Assembly: GCF_009914755.1 (NCBI RefSeq)
Contig: NC_060930.1
Origin: the human T2T-CHM13v2.0 reference genome, Homo sapiens
Strand: one strand, 5' to 3'
DNA length: 64,000 bases
The notes under the pieces were generated by a model that was not told where the DNA came from, did no database searches, and saw only the letters and a list, made by a program, of their open reading frames with translations. The position numbers were made by a program, and so were the translations under genes. Shown one piece after another: positions 32,820-49,385 of the stretch; the first letter of the stretch is position 1, and every line of letters starts with the position of its first letter.

Positions 32820-34980
32820 GAGACGAACATCAACAAATTTAAAAGATCCAAAATTACAGTGAGCTCTTTTTTTACTACAATAGAATCAAACTAGAAATCA
32901 ATAATGAAAAGATAACAGAAAAACCACTAAATGTGGAAATTAAACACATTTCTAAAAAAAACTAAGATTCCAAAAGAAAGCCTCAAAAGAAAATTTTAAA
33001 AATACACAGACCCAAATGAAAACAAAAACAGAACATATCAAAATTTATGGTCTATACTAAAGCCTGGCTGAAATAGATATTTGTAACACTAAATGCTTGT
33101 ACAACATTGTGAATGTAATTAACACTACCATGGTTAAGATGGTAAATTTTGTTACATGCATTTTACTACAATTTAAAAAAGAAATTAAGGTAAGAGCTCA
33201 AAAAAATAACCTAAGTCCCTTTTCAAGAAACTAGAAAAAAATAATAAAACCAAAGGAGCAGAAGGAATAAGATTATTAAAAACAAAAAACAGAAACCAAC
33301 AAAATTGGAAATTTTAAAAAGGAGAGAAAAATCCATGAACCACAACACTGGCTCTTCAAAAAAATAAGTAAAATTGGTAAACCTCTAACAAAGCTGACAA
33401 AAATGAAGACAACACTACAGATCCTAAAGTCATTCACAGACAAGGAAATACTATAAACAACTCTATGTTCATAAATTAACAACTTAGAAAAAACAAACCA
33501 ACTCCCCAAAACCCATAAACTACCAACACTCAATGAAGAGGAAATAGGCAAGCTGAGTAGATCTATATATATCAAAGAAATTGAATTGGTAATTAACATG
33601 CTCCCCAAAAAGAAATCTCCAGACCCAAGTGGTTTCACTAAAGATATCTATCAAACACTTAAAGAATTGACAGCATTTTTACACGACCTTTTCCAGAAAA
33701 TACATCAGAACAGAACACTTTCGAACTCAGTTTATAAAGCCCGTATAACCCTAATGCTAAATCAGACAATAGAAAAAACAGAAAACTACAATCCCTCTTA
33801 TGAACATAAGACACAAAAATCCTCAACGAAATATTATTTGGCAAACTGAATCCAACAATGTATAAAACTTATTACATTCCGTGACCAAATAAGATTTATT
33901 AAATGTATACAAGGTTGGTCCAACATCAAAAATCCATAAATGTCATCTATTATAGCAACCAGCTAAGGAAGAAAAGTGATACAATCATATAATTAGCACA
34001 GAAAAGGCATCTGACAAAATCCAACATCTATTCATGACAATTGTGAAAGACTAATACATTCCCCATAAAATTAAGAACACCAGAAGATGTCCACTCTCAC
34101 CACTCTTATCCAACACAGTACTAGAAGTTCTAGCTACTCCAATAAGGAAAAAAAAAAAAAAGAAGAAAAGAAATAAAAGGCCTACAGATTGGAAAAATTA
34201 TATAATTTCTATTTGCAGATGTCAAGACTGTTTACATAGAAAACCCCAAAGGATCTACCAAAAAAACACCTAGAACTAGTGTGTGAGTTCAGCAAGGTTG
34301 CAGAACACAAAAATCAATAACATTTTCCATATACTAAAAATGAACATTCACGCTCGTTTTGGCAGCACATGTACTAAAATTAGAACGATACAGAGATTAG
34401 CATGGCCCTGCACAACGATGACACCCAAATTTGTGAAGCGCTCCACAGTAAAATTTTTTTAAATTATAAAAATAAAAAATAAAGGAACATTCAGAAAACA
34501 AAATTAATTTTTATCTTTTACAATATATGTGGCTTGACACAGAAAGACCTCTAGGTGTTTTCAGCAGCTTTTCTCAATATAGTCCCAGAATGGAAACAAT
34601 CCAATGTCCATCAGTTAATGAATAAACAATTTGTGGTATAACCATACAGTGGGATACTCAGCAACTCAGCAACAAAAAGGAAAAAACCACTGATACACGC
34701 AAAAAGGATGAGTCTCAAAAACATTACTCGAGGTAAAATTCAGACACGAAAGGCTACATACTACATGAGCCCATTTATATGGCATTCTGAAAAAGGTAAA
34801 ACAACTGAGATGGAAATCAGATCAGTAATTACTGTGAGTTGGGGGAAGGAAGAGGTAACTGTAAAGGAGTACCAGGGAATTTTGTGAAATTAAATATCTT
34901 ATTATCTTGATTTTGTAAGTAGCTACACAACTGTACACAATTGTTTGAAAACTCTTCAAACCATACTCCAAAAAAGATGA
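32820..34980 (+). mobile_element. L1M ORF2/3'UTR fragments
   Basis: aaactagaaatcaataa; LPKKKSPDPSGFT (L1 ORF2 RT region); ccactctcaccactctt. Confidence 0.85.
34350..34449 (+). pseudogene. U6 snRNA processed pseudogene
   Basis: gctcgttttggcagcacatgtactaaaattagaacgatacagag..attagcatggccc..gatgacac.caaatttgtgaagcg; A-rich tail; TSD gaacattca. Confidence 0.93.
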
Positions 34981-34983
34981 ATT

Positions 34984-35282
<299 letters not shown>

Positions 35283-36574
35283 GATGAATTTTATTCCACA
35301 TTAATTATATGCTTGGGATTATTTTTCCCTTCTCACACAGAGTCTGCTAGCCAAGTAGATGAACAAAGAATAGTAAGAAAGAATTAACAGTAAAGGAAAA
35401 ATAATTTGTTTTAAGAATACTCCATTCTGCTATTATCTATAACTAACTTTACTATATGTACTATTTCTTTAAAAAATCTTTAAAACCAAGCATTTGTTTA
35501 AAAAACAAAGCCCCCGGTACTCTTCATCTATGTCCTACCAACAGGAAGATAAAGTCATATTTTTCCCAACTGAGTATGATGAAAGTCATGATTTGTCAAG
35601 GACTTTAGTTTTTTTTTCTTGTCATTGAGAACTGTCACCTTATGAAAAGACAAACTTAATTGAATTCAGGGACAGAATCAGTGACAAGGTTATAAAGAGA
35701 GAAGAAACATCAATTTCTGTTCTTTCTTCCCTCACTTATGAGTTGTCTTAACTGGCGACTAATTTCCTTTCCTACCTGAACTTATTTAAAACTCCGAAGA
35801 ATAAATATAGGAAGGACGTTATTATTCAACTCAAATAAATGCTTCTCTATCCTTAAGACACTTGTATGGTCTCAAAAGTCCAAGTCTTCCAACACTTCAG
35901 TGGTAGCTGCTTTCCTCCACTGATGGAAATTCACAGAACTATCCTATTTTGCGAAGCCCACTACTTAAATGCCAGATATTCTTATATTGATAGCCTATTT
36001 CCAGGAAGATACATTTTTTAACATGAGAGAAAACTGCTATTACTGGAAGCAAAGAGAGAAAAGATCAAGACTAAGCCCAGAGGCCCTGGATTACATTTAT
36101 GGCTCTGGAAGTTATTCACGCCTCATATATATGGAGTACTTAAAAACACTAAAGGAAAAGATGCATCAAAAGTCATATAGCTACAATGAGCTTACAGCAT
36201 GACATAACTGTGGAAGTGATATAACACATAAAAAGGTAACACCCCCAAAACTACCATAAAGATACTTGAATATAATTACTTTCACATAAGCTCTCTAAAA
36301 GGGAAAAGAACTCCACTCTTTAATAAAAGACTTTCCAAAGGGATAAATACTGACAAAGTAAGAACATGGTATAATAATATTTAAGCCAAAATCATTGTTT
36401 TGCAGTGACAAGGAGAAATGGGTCCAAACACTATTTACCCATAAACCTATAAAATATAAGCCATATTGAATACAAGAATAACCACCATGAGGGACAGCAT
36501 AAAACAGCAGCTGAAAGATGATGACTTAGCAATCACTTACTTTACAAGCTAAATTGAGGTTTCCCAAATTTTCC

Positions 36575-36780
36575 AGAGTTCCTCAACTGGGGGCGGTTCT
36601 GCCTCCATTCAGGGACATCTGGCAACATTTTTGATAATCAAGACTGGAGGAAGTGCTACTGGCACTTGTAGGAAGAGGCCAGAGCTGCTGTTAAACATCC
36701 TATAATGTACAGGGTAGCCCACCACAACAAAGAATTATCAAATTCAAAATGTCAGTAGTGACCCTATTGAGAAATCCTGC
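36575..36780. mobile_element. MER20
   Basis: ctcaactgggggcg...gggacatctggcaa...tgctactggca...gagaaatcctg. Confidence 0.78.
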
Positions 36781-37710
36781 TTTACAATAAAACTGAAAAG
36801 CCCCGCTAGTCACACAAAATTCTGAGATAATCTGTAATACATATAATGCAATACAATGTAAATAACTATAGCTAGAAATGTCAAGTGCATACATACATCC
36901 CATTGCTACTCTCCCACACTGTTTCCCCGTCCATCCTGTCATTCTACTCTTCTATTTAATAATTGTTGCTCTGTTTACACTTCCTTTAAGTCGCCTTCCC
37001 ATTCCAAAACCTCCAATTCTCCTGAGAAATAAAAAGAAATGGGAAGCATTGCCTTATCTATGCTGCGTGAGGTCTAGAACTACACAAGAAGAATCAGAGG
37101 AGTCTGATACATGATCATGAAGCTCAGTATTGTTTTGATTTAAAGAAAGAATGCTATAACAAGACAACTGTGTCATAAATTCCCAGAACCATCTCAAAGG
37201 ATTAGAGACGGGACCCAAAATACAACCTTGTTATGTTTGTAATCCATTATGAAAAATCTACTCATTCTTGGGATCTCATCAGCACAAGGTGAGTTCCAAA
37301 ATTTCTCTCCTTGCTAATAAATAGTCCTTTGATTCACATCAGCTGCATTTATTAAACACCTAAGTAGCTTCCTTTCATCTGTCCTAAAGCTCTTTCAAAA
37401 ACTCTTCATTTTAATATTCCCCGATTCAGAGAGCAAGTCCATTTTTAACCAATTTGTATTTTTCATGTTTCATTTAAATCTGTCTTAGCCTGTATTTTTT
37501 TCATTCAACTGTATCCAAATGGTAGCATTTCAACATTAACATCCAGCATACCTTCAACTATTTTTTTTTTACATTCTTCTCTCTGTAATTTCCAGTTTCA
37601 TTAAATATTTTTGGAAGCACAATGAACAAAACTCCCAATAACAGAGGAAGCACCAAAAAACATCATTAGTACATGGATAAGCACAGGTTTAGGATTTGAT
37701 TTCAATACCC

Positions 37711-37983
37711 TTTTTTTTTTTTTTTTTTTTGAGACAGAGTTTCACTCTTATTGCCCAGGCTGGAGTGGAATGTTGTGATAGCTCACCGCAACCTCCACCT
37801 CCCAGGTTCAAGCATTTCTCCTGCCTCAGCCTCCCAAATAGCCCGGATTACAGGCATGTGCCACCACGCCCAACTAATTTTGTATTTTTAGTAGAGATGG
37901 GGTTTCTCCATGTTGGTCAGGCTGGTCTCGAACTCCTGGCCCCAGGTGATCCGCCAGCCTCGGCCTCCCAAAGTGCTGGGATT
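37711..37983 (-). mobile_element. AluSp-like, 5'-truncated
   Basis: Antisense dimer ending at gctgggatt; TSD ttcaataccctt (37701-37712, 38007-38018). Confidence 0.93.
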
Positions 37984-37984
37984 C

Positions 37985-38008
37985 GTGTAGTATCTGTTCT
38001 TATCAGTT
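37985..38008 (+). pseudogene. U2 snRNA fragment (nt ~31-54) fused to the Alu 5' junction
   Basis: GTGTAGTATCTGTTCTTATCAGTT is identical to the U2 branch-point-recognition region as recalled. Confidence 0.88.
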
Positions 38009-38536
38009 CAATACCCTTCTTAAAAATGCAAAACATCAAATTTATTTTTCACGTAAAAAGGAAATCAATATATTTTAAATACTCTAAACCAAGCCTAGTT
38101 AAGATGTGTTTCTGGCACAGTGGTCAACTAAATATGGCAATCAGTTTGAACAATGCCACTTAAGGTAATCATGTATATAAAGATGTTATAAATATTTTGG
38201 TGTCAGAAATAAAATTGAATAATGTCAAGAGATGACTTTTCATAAGGGAGTTTTAAATATATCTGAAAATAGCCCATAACCAAATATATTCTTATTGTAC
38301 CATATAAAAATCTATTGCTAAAAATATATGTATCTGTCCAGTCATCCATGCATCCAAACAGAAGGCAGAAATATTTTCAATAACGTATTCTAGTAATAGT
38401 CTAAACTTCACATATTGTATGAGCTAGACTAATGACTTCTATCCTCGCAGGACTTTTTTTACAATTGTTTCAGGGCACTATACCTTTTTAAAGCTAGTAT
38501 ATACTTAATGCTTAATAATGCAGAAAAATTCACTCA

Positions 38537-38692
<156 letters not shown>

Positions 38693-40714
38693 TTATTTAC
38701 TAGTTATTATTTTTAAAAAATACTAAGTAGGTTTTTGAATTTTAAGGAAAAACAGCCGTGTTCTTTGCATTATTTTGAATATCCCACACAAAGTCTACTG
38801 CTTTTTATAGAAGATCAAAGGTTAAAGGTTAAGATGTTTTAATATTTCTTATGGGGCCATTACTTTAAGCACAGCTTACCACATAAATGCCCAGAATGAT
38901 CAACACAAATCTATCTACAATCTTCCTATAACACTAAATAAAAATGTAATTAGATGTCATACTATTTAGGATACTTATTGGTTCTATAAAATTTAACTTA
39001 AAAATTAAAATGATTCATCTGAGTCAATTAAACTGTTCTAAGAAGATAATCAACTCAAGTTCTAAAGTATACTTTGACTTATCAATCAAATCTTCTCAAC
39101 CAGTCCATCATGTTTTGAAGGCTGAGAGAGAATGCTGAGCTAGGTAAAGCCTCAAAAAAAAACAGTATGAAGAACCTGGTCAGTGTTTTTTCCCCAGAAA
39201 AGGTACCCAAAAATAAAACAGGAGTGTTTTGGAAAATCAATTATGATTTATATAAAGAACCGACAAGTAGATAAAAGAAGGAGCTTGGCAAAAATTTATG
39301 GTTTTCCTCCTTTGCAGTAGACACTCTAGCCATTTCTTGCTTTCCTAAGTGTCTGATTTCTTTTGCTGATAAAACTGCTTTGTTATTCTTTTGGCTGCTT
39401 TTATAACCGCATCATCTTTCATGCTTTTTATTCAAGGTGATATCTTTTGACTAATAAATCAAGTAGAACTACTAAGCTGACAAATATATACAGAAAGAGA
39501 TATTCTGGTTGAAGGAATTTATATTTAATCATGGGAGTCCAAGATAATAGGTACCAACCAACTAGGTAGGAGAACGTGACATTGATCCTAGGGGCTACAG
39601 AATACAGGGGTATGGGAGGGAGATAGTTGGCATGCTCCAGTATGGAATACAAGGAACTAAATACTATGAACAAGCTGCTGAATAGTATTATGCATTCAAC
39701 AGAATATAAGTTCTTCTTTTATAAAGAAATAACTGTGATTAGTGAAGAAAGAAAAAGGAATTCTTACTATTTAATATAAGAAAAAGCAGTTTTTCCCCCA
39801 CAGGAAGTATTATCGCCCCTGTTTTAAATAACTTGCCAATATCATGCTATTCTTAAATAAATGGCAGAGAAAAGATTCAGTGTAGTCTTTCAGAAATGAC
39901 AAATACAGATGTGACATTAAAGTCTCTTTAAAAAAGCAAAACAGCGTCGCAAACTAGCTGTTTTCAAAAATATGTAAGTATAATCTATTAGTCTAATAAG
40001 GTCTCTATTAGCAAATCTTGAACTTTAATTTAAAAATGATTAATGGGCATTACATAGTAATCTATTCTGTAGAAAACAATATTAACTTATGGAGACAGTA
40101 GGAGGGAAGAAACACCACAGCTAATGGGTATGGATATATCAGCTCCTGATTTTGGAGAGTGTTGTATTACATGCCTTGGCTTCACTCAAAATTGCTAAAG
40201 AACTCACAAATGATTTTTATGAAATAAAATATTTTTTACAATAAGGAAAAAAGAACATTAGACTATAACCTCAATTAAGACAGGAATTTTTGTCTGTTTT
40301 GTTCAATGCTACATTTCCACTGCCCAAAATAGTGCCTGCTTTAAAGGAGGCACACAATAAATATTTGCTGAATGAGTCAGAGATGCCAATGGTTAAGTGA
40401 GGCAGAGCCAACAACTGTAATTTTAAAAGAATACTCATTTTTAAGGCAGAATCCACACTGAAATGTAGCTGCAATTTTCTGTTCCGTTTGGCCTGTGGGA
40501 GTAATCTTTAACTAATATATCCATAGAAACACTAAGAAATCACTCTAAGATTTAAGAATGACTATTCTATAGTACATATAGATACAATTTACCTAGGAAA
40601 TATTTAAACAAATAAAAATGAAAACAACAATGAAAAGACATCACCTTCTTGTCTTTTACCTGCAGACTATATATACTACTCATTGTTTTTCTTAGGTGTA
40701 TTTCATTGGTTTAA

Positions 40715-41015
40715 GTTCTTTTTTTTTCAATGTGGTAAAATATACCTAGTATAAAATTTACCATTTAAACCATTTTTAAGTGTACAGTTTAGTAATACTA
40801 AATACATTCACTATCCATCTCCAGAACTTTTTCATCATGCTAAATGGAAACTGTACGTATTAAACAGTAGCTCCCCATTCCCTGCTTCCCCAGCTCCCAG
40901 TAACCACCATTTTACTTTCTATCTCTATGAATTTGACTACTCTAGGTACCTTATTTAAGTGGAACCATATAATATTTGTCCTTTAGTGCCTGGTTTATTT
41001 CACTTAACATATGTC
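40715..41015 (-). mobile_element. L1M(A/B) 3' end
   Basis: aaaatttaccatttaaaccatttttaagtgtacag...ctatgaatttgactactctaggtacc. Confidence 0.8.
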
Positions 41016-41339
41016 TTCAATGTTCTTTTAGTTCTTTTACTTTGAATAAGATTAACCACATTTGGAAATACTGTCAGCTACAATGGAAACTATCATTCTC
41101 TTATTCCTCATTTAGCCCTAGTATAAAGTATTCCATGACTCTGATACAAGTGATTCATTTTTATCTATACAGCTTAAAAGAATACATATTTTATGCAATT
41201 ATATGGAATACTTATGTTTCCAAAAAAGTTGCCCATAATTTTAATTCTTTATGCCAAGTCCAATTCTGTCCAACAATTTTCAATTTTAAAATTAGAGACC
41301 TTTCTAGGACAAAAATAGAAGTAAAACATACTAGAATTC

Positions 41340-43560
<2,221 letters not shown>

Positions 43561-44434
43561 CGGATCGCTGCCTAATGTTAAGGGTCCATGACATTGATGA
43601 CCATGGGTCCAATCATGATTTCCTCTAGAAACAAGTCACAAAATAGCAATCCAAATGAGTATATGTGTTTTTATACTGGATAATCTAAATGAAAAGCAAC
43701 AGTTTAAATGAACATAAACGAAAAAATACAAATTGAAAAGTTATCTAGTTTCTACAAATTTCCTTACCAATATTCTCTGAAAAATAAAACATAATGCTCA
43801 GTGATAAACATATAGGATATAGGCGGAAAGATTATGCACAGAGGCAACAAATCAAAATGCAGAAAAGAGGAATATATGTACTATTAATATTAAAAATATG
43901 TTCAAGCTTAATTGACAGCAAGGGACATATCTGAACTACAGCTATATTGGCACTAAAATCCTCATCTGTAATTCTAAGACTAGCCATCACTGATGTTTTA
44001 TATATTTTCTTCCTTGTACGTATTAACTTACACTTAAGCATGTACATATTTAAATAGCAAAATTTGGATTGTGCCATATGGTTTTAAATTCCAGTTTTTT
44101 GTTTTATGTTTATTATATGCCAGTCACCCAACAGTCTTCAAAAACACAAATCATGACTGTATAAGAGGTTTCTCTGGGTGAAGAATTAGGAAGAATTCAA
44201 GAAAAAACCAATTACCTATAAGACAAGACAATCCTCTTTCTCCTACAGTTACTGTAAACACTCTTGCCATTTTCAATTTGATTAGAAACACTAGAAAACA
44301 ACTTACGCTCTAGTGCTCACAAGTCTTTTCCAATTTAAACAGGTCTATAAAGAAAAAATACTGTATTCTTTACATGAAATTTCTCTAACTTTAGGAAGTA
44401 TGCCAAACATTAGAGTTTGATTTAAAAGTAAACA

Positions 44435-44747
44435 GGCTGGGTGGAGTAGCTCATGCCTGTAATCCGGGCATTTTGGAAGGCCGAGGCGGGCAGATCACTT
44501 AAGGTCAGGAGTTTGAGACCAGCCTGGCCAACATAGCGAAACCCTGTCTCTACTAAAAATCTAAAAATTAACCGAGCATGATGGCACATGCCTATAATCC
44601 TAGTTACTTGGGAAGCTGAGGCATGAGAATCATTTGAACCCAGGAGAGGGAGGTTGCAGTGAGCCGAGATGGCACTACTGCCCCCTCCAGCCTGGGCAAC
44701 AGGGTGAGACTGTCTCAAAATAAATAATAAATAAATAAATAAATAAA
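44435..44747 (+). mobile_element. AluS
   Basis: Full dimer, (TAAA)n tail, TSD aaaagtaaaca. Confidence 0.94.
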
Positions 44748-46197
44748 AGTAAACAGACTTAAATTATTTTTCAGTTGTTGTTAATTTGGCCAAATATACT
44801 CTTATACTCTCACATACTCTTATATACTATTACAAAGCCAATGAAGGTTAAAAGTTGTAATTAAAACAGCAAAAACTTGTTTGGAAAAAAAAAATGGTAT
44901 CCTAACCTATATTACAGAACAAGAACAGAAAAAATACCTCTAACAAATGAAATTCTTCTAAAAATAAAACTATGACCATACTTGGTTTTTAACTGTGGAT
45001 GTTTTTCTAGACAGAAAACGGTTGATATTTCCAAAGTTAAGATTACTCACGTGTATATAAGCTTGAGTACCAGTAACAAGATTGCCGAACTTCTCTAAAA
45101 CTATCATTTCTAGTAAGAAAACCCATAAAGATGATTTCAAACAAAATCCCAACATGAGCCTGGGGAAACATTCATGCACCGAGTAGTACCACTTGAGGAG
45201 CCTGTGCCAGATGCTGAGGATGCACAGAGGAAAACAAAAACAAAAAAACAGTCCTATACCCAAAAAGTGAGCGAATGGGCTCCTTAATAAGTAGCTTCCT
45301 CCAGTAATCTGACTTTCCGTAGCTGGAGCAGGCTGAGGAGCAGCACTGCCTCTCAGAGAGATGAGGGGGAAAGCAAAGGGCAGACTTCATTAAAGTGAAA
45401 CAGAAGAAGCATTTCCTCATCACAAATACACTTCTACTTTTCCACATCATCTCCAGGTAAACACTAGAATGCATACCTGAGACACAAAAAGAAAAAACAG
45501 TAACGACAATTGAGAATATCTTTGCCTATTATGGGCTATTCAGTGAACAGGCAGGATGTCATCTCTGACAGAGGCATAAACTGGGATTATACATGCACTT
45601 AGAAAAGGGAAACAAAGCACACCAAAATCAGAAGACATTTGAAAAGTGTTTGTAAAATACATAATCCATTAACTCACACCTGCAAGTCTATGTGCAATTT
45701 ATAATATATATTAAATATATATTACATATTAGCTCACATATAACATACAATAGCTCAGTGAACGTATCGTGTGTGTGTATGTGTGCATGTTTATATGTTC
45801 TTTAAGCTATAAAAACACTTTTAACAAACAGTTGCTTAGAATCTCCTAACTACAAAAGAATACAATCTGAACCTATTATTTTCAATATCTCTTCCTATTA
45901 AAAAAGCACATCTTATTATTCCATTATCATACATTTATTATATATGAATATATGCATAAGAAAAAGAAAGTCAAGAAGGCACCATAGCTGATGATTCCAT
46001 TAACATACCCACATACATGTAAGGAAAACAAAGTCCAGAACGCATCATGACAACATGCTGACAGTGGTTTTGTCCTCTGAGTGGTAGCATTAGAGGTGAT
46101 TATTTCCTTCTTTATGCTTATCTGTGTTAATTTTTTTTCCAAAATAAGCATGAATTAGCTGTATCTAAAACGTTACATAATGGCCTCCAAGTTCTTA

Positions 46198-46398
<201 letters not shown>

Positions 46399-49139
46399 CT
46401 AAATTCTTATTTCAACCAAAGCCAAACTGAAAATAAAATGAAGAGCATTAGTCAGATCCTTGCAACGATGAATGAACCTGCTAGAAAACAAAAGATTATT
46501 TTAAAAAATCCATGCCATAAAGATTATCCACTTCAAAAAAAAAAAACGATGATCACCAATCTTTAGTATAAATTCAAAGAAAAGAGTACAACAAATTCTA
46601 AATGTAAAATTATTATTTATGTAAAGGAATCAGATCAAAATTACATATGCCAGTAATATTCATTGCATATTTAAGTACTGAACCACAGTCAAAATGAAAC
46701 TGTATCTGCATCAGTCTTTCAAGCCCAGAAGAGTCTACTGCTTACCTAAAGAGGAGCTTCACCTATACCCTGTGAATCCTGACAGTCCAACTCCAAAGGA
46801 TCATTCTCGCATTTACCCCTGCCCCGTCCAATATATTCACCTTTTCCTACTCCAGATAGTTTCTCCTCTCTTCCTGCAAAACTACTCTCCCATCTTAGAA
46901 AATATCTCTTTCACATTGGGGAAAAAATCTTTCTATAAACCCATTCCCCATTCTAAATTTCATCCTCTCTACAATTTAATCCCACCAATACTTCCATTTT
47001 AATTACTGTACTTCCTTTTGTAAACCCTCTACCAAAAGTGGCCCCCTGAACACCTTTCTCTGTATCCTACTATTCCCCTACCTAGTATGCTCCTCTCTCA
47101 CTTATTCAAATCCCTACTCTGCAAACCATGCTCACAGCCCTCTGGCCCCAATGAAACAGTAAATGCTTCCACTTGGATCTCTCAGAATATTCTCTATACC
47201 ACAAATATAGCACTAGATCTGCAAAACAATATTCTAGGTATGGCATAAGGACATGGCTTTTGACCTCTGTAATATCCAAGTGCCTTCCAATGCTAATATT
47301 CTGCAACTGAATAACACATCACAATACACGATATGAGTAAATGCTGAAATAAATATTGTTGATAATATACACTTAGAGTAACTCAACATGTGGCACCTGG
47401 ATACTAAGATTCAATATACTTATCCAAATAATATTTCTCATCTTTGATAGGCAGCTAATTCATAATCTATCACAATGTAGCCTATGAAAACACTCTAAAT
47501 AATCTTACGAGTTTAGCCAAATATAAATTATTAACACTGAATTATTCAAGGAGCTTATTTCCCTTTTTTTTCCTCTTCCACTGACCAATGACATTAAGAT
47601 GGTATAAATTAATTAGTTAAAGAAAGAAAAAGTTGGAGGTCAACTGGATGCAATGTCATCTACAGGTACGTAAACTGCAAGAGGTGGAAAAAATATGTCC
47701 AACATAAAAGTACTAGGCAACAAGAATTCTGGTTATTAAACTGAGTCCAGTGCTCTTTCCAGCATACTACTAGTGTTTTAACTTTTATTAAAATATATCC
47801 ATAAAAACAACTACTTTAAGCGAATGATATACATGCATGTAAACTTCATATCATTCCACACTGATAGGCTACAAATTCAAACTATTGAGTTTCTGCATTT
47901 GGCAAAAAATTTCCAAGTTTACAAATGACACAAAATTAACTCACTGAAAATAGGAAAGACCTCACTACGTCCTGATTACATTAATAGCTTGCTCTTTTTA
48001 AAGTGAATTCACTAGTGGCAAAAAATAATGAAATCTAGGTTATGACAAATAAGTAAATCTAAAATTGAATCTGATATAAAGGTGGTATGCAGTTGTTTCT
48101 GCAGCCATGATACATCCAGTTAGTCAACAGCTGCAACTGAGATTCACCTTTTGATGATGAAGAGAAAAATAATTTGAGACGAAGAGTTCCTCTACTAAAA
48201 ATATTTAATAAAAGTTAATTACAAGCTTAAAGTTGAAGTCACTATATTGTCACTATTGATATTATTTTTCTTCTCAGAAGAAGCAGATAGAAAATATAAT
48301 CCAAGACAATTGCTCTTCCCTCCTCTTCAAGCACTGTCCTCTCAAGGAGGAATAGTAATCTGATTGGTCAGATTCCAGGACACCACTTGACATGTTTATT
48401 AATAGGCAGGGATCATCATAAACCAAAACATCATGCATGTGAGTGTGGCTCCCTTCTCTCCCCTCTAGGCTGCCAGACGAGAACCCTGACCATCCTGCTC
48501 TTTCTTTCCATAACATTCTCTTCTGTTTCTCCCTTCCACATGTCACGAACAGTAAAATGAATGACCAATGCTGCTTCTGAGTCCCTTCCCAAAAGAGATA
48601 CAAATATAGACTTAGAAGGCAGAACACCTCAAGACTCCAACTACAGGCTTGAGTTTTAAAGTCTTACGTTCCAGCAAAGTTTACCAAAGTTCTACAGTAG
48701 GATTTTAAGTACAAAAACTAGTGAAAGATAAATTGGTACTTTATTTCCCATATACCATTGTTGCTTACATGTATATTTTTTGCAAGACCTCAAGGGAAGA
48801 ACTAACTCAGCCAAGGCAGCTAAAGGTATAATGTAGTAGAGCTGATACAAATGTTGCAAAACAAACAAACTCTGCAAAACAGATTTATGAAAACTGCAAA
48901 CAAGGCTGCTTACTGCCTCAAAATACACAGACCCAAATTTATAGGATCTTAAAATGTTAATCTTTCAATATTAATGCTTACCTATAATAAATTATATAAG
49001 AAAGCATGTCTCCAGTGAATACACTTAACTTTAAAAATATGTAAGAAAAATTGGGGATACATGAATAAAACTAAAGGATGTTAAGTTTTCAATAATACTT
49101 TTTTAAAGAGGCAATAAAACAAAATTTAACTCTTGAGAA

Positions 49140-49385
49140 GCACTATACAGTAGAAGTTAGAAATGTAAAATGTGGAGCCAGACTGTCTGGAGCCAAACCC
49201 AGCTCCACCACTTACAGTGTGACCTCAAGTAAGTCATTTAACTTCTCTATTTCTGTTTTCTCATCTGTAACATGGGAAAACAGCACTTACCACATTAGAT
49301 ACAAGAATTAAATGAATACATGTAAAGCACTTGAACAATGTCTATCATATAATATGTACTATAAAGGTTATCTACTATTATAATT
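49140..49385 (+). mobile_element. MIR
   Basis: tggagccagactg...gtgacctcaagtaagtcatttaacttctct...ctcatctgtaa.atggg core. Confidence 0.8.

Noticed and set aside
34350-34980. Possible U6/L1 chimera
   Set aside because: The U6 copy has its own tail and TSD (gaacattca), so it inserted into a pre-existing old L1.
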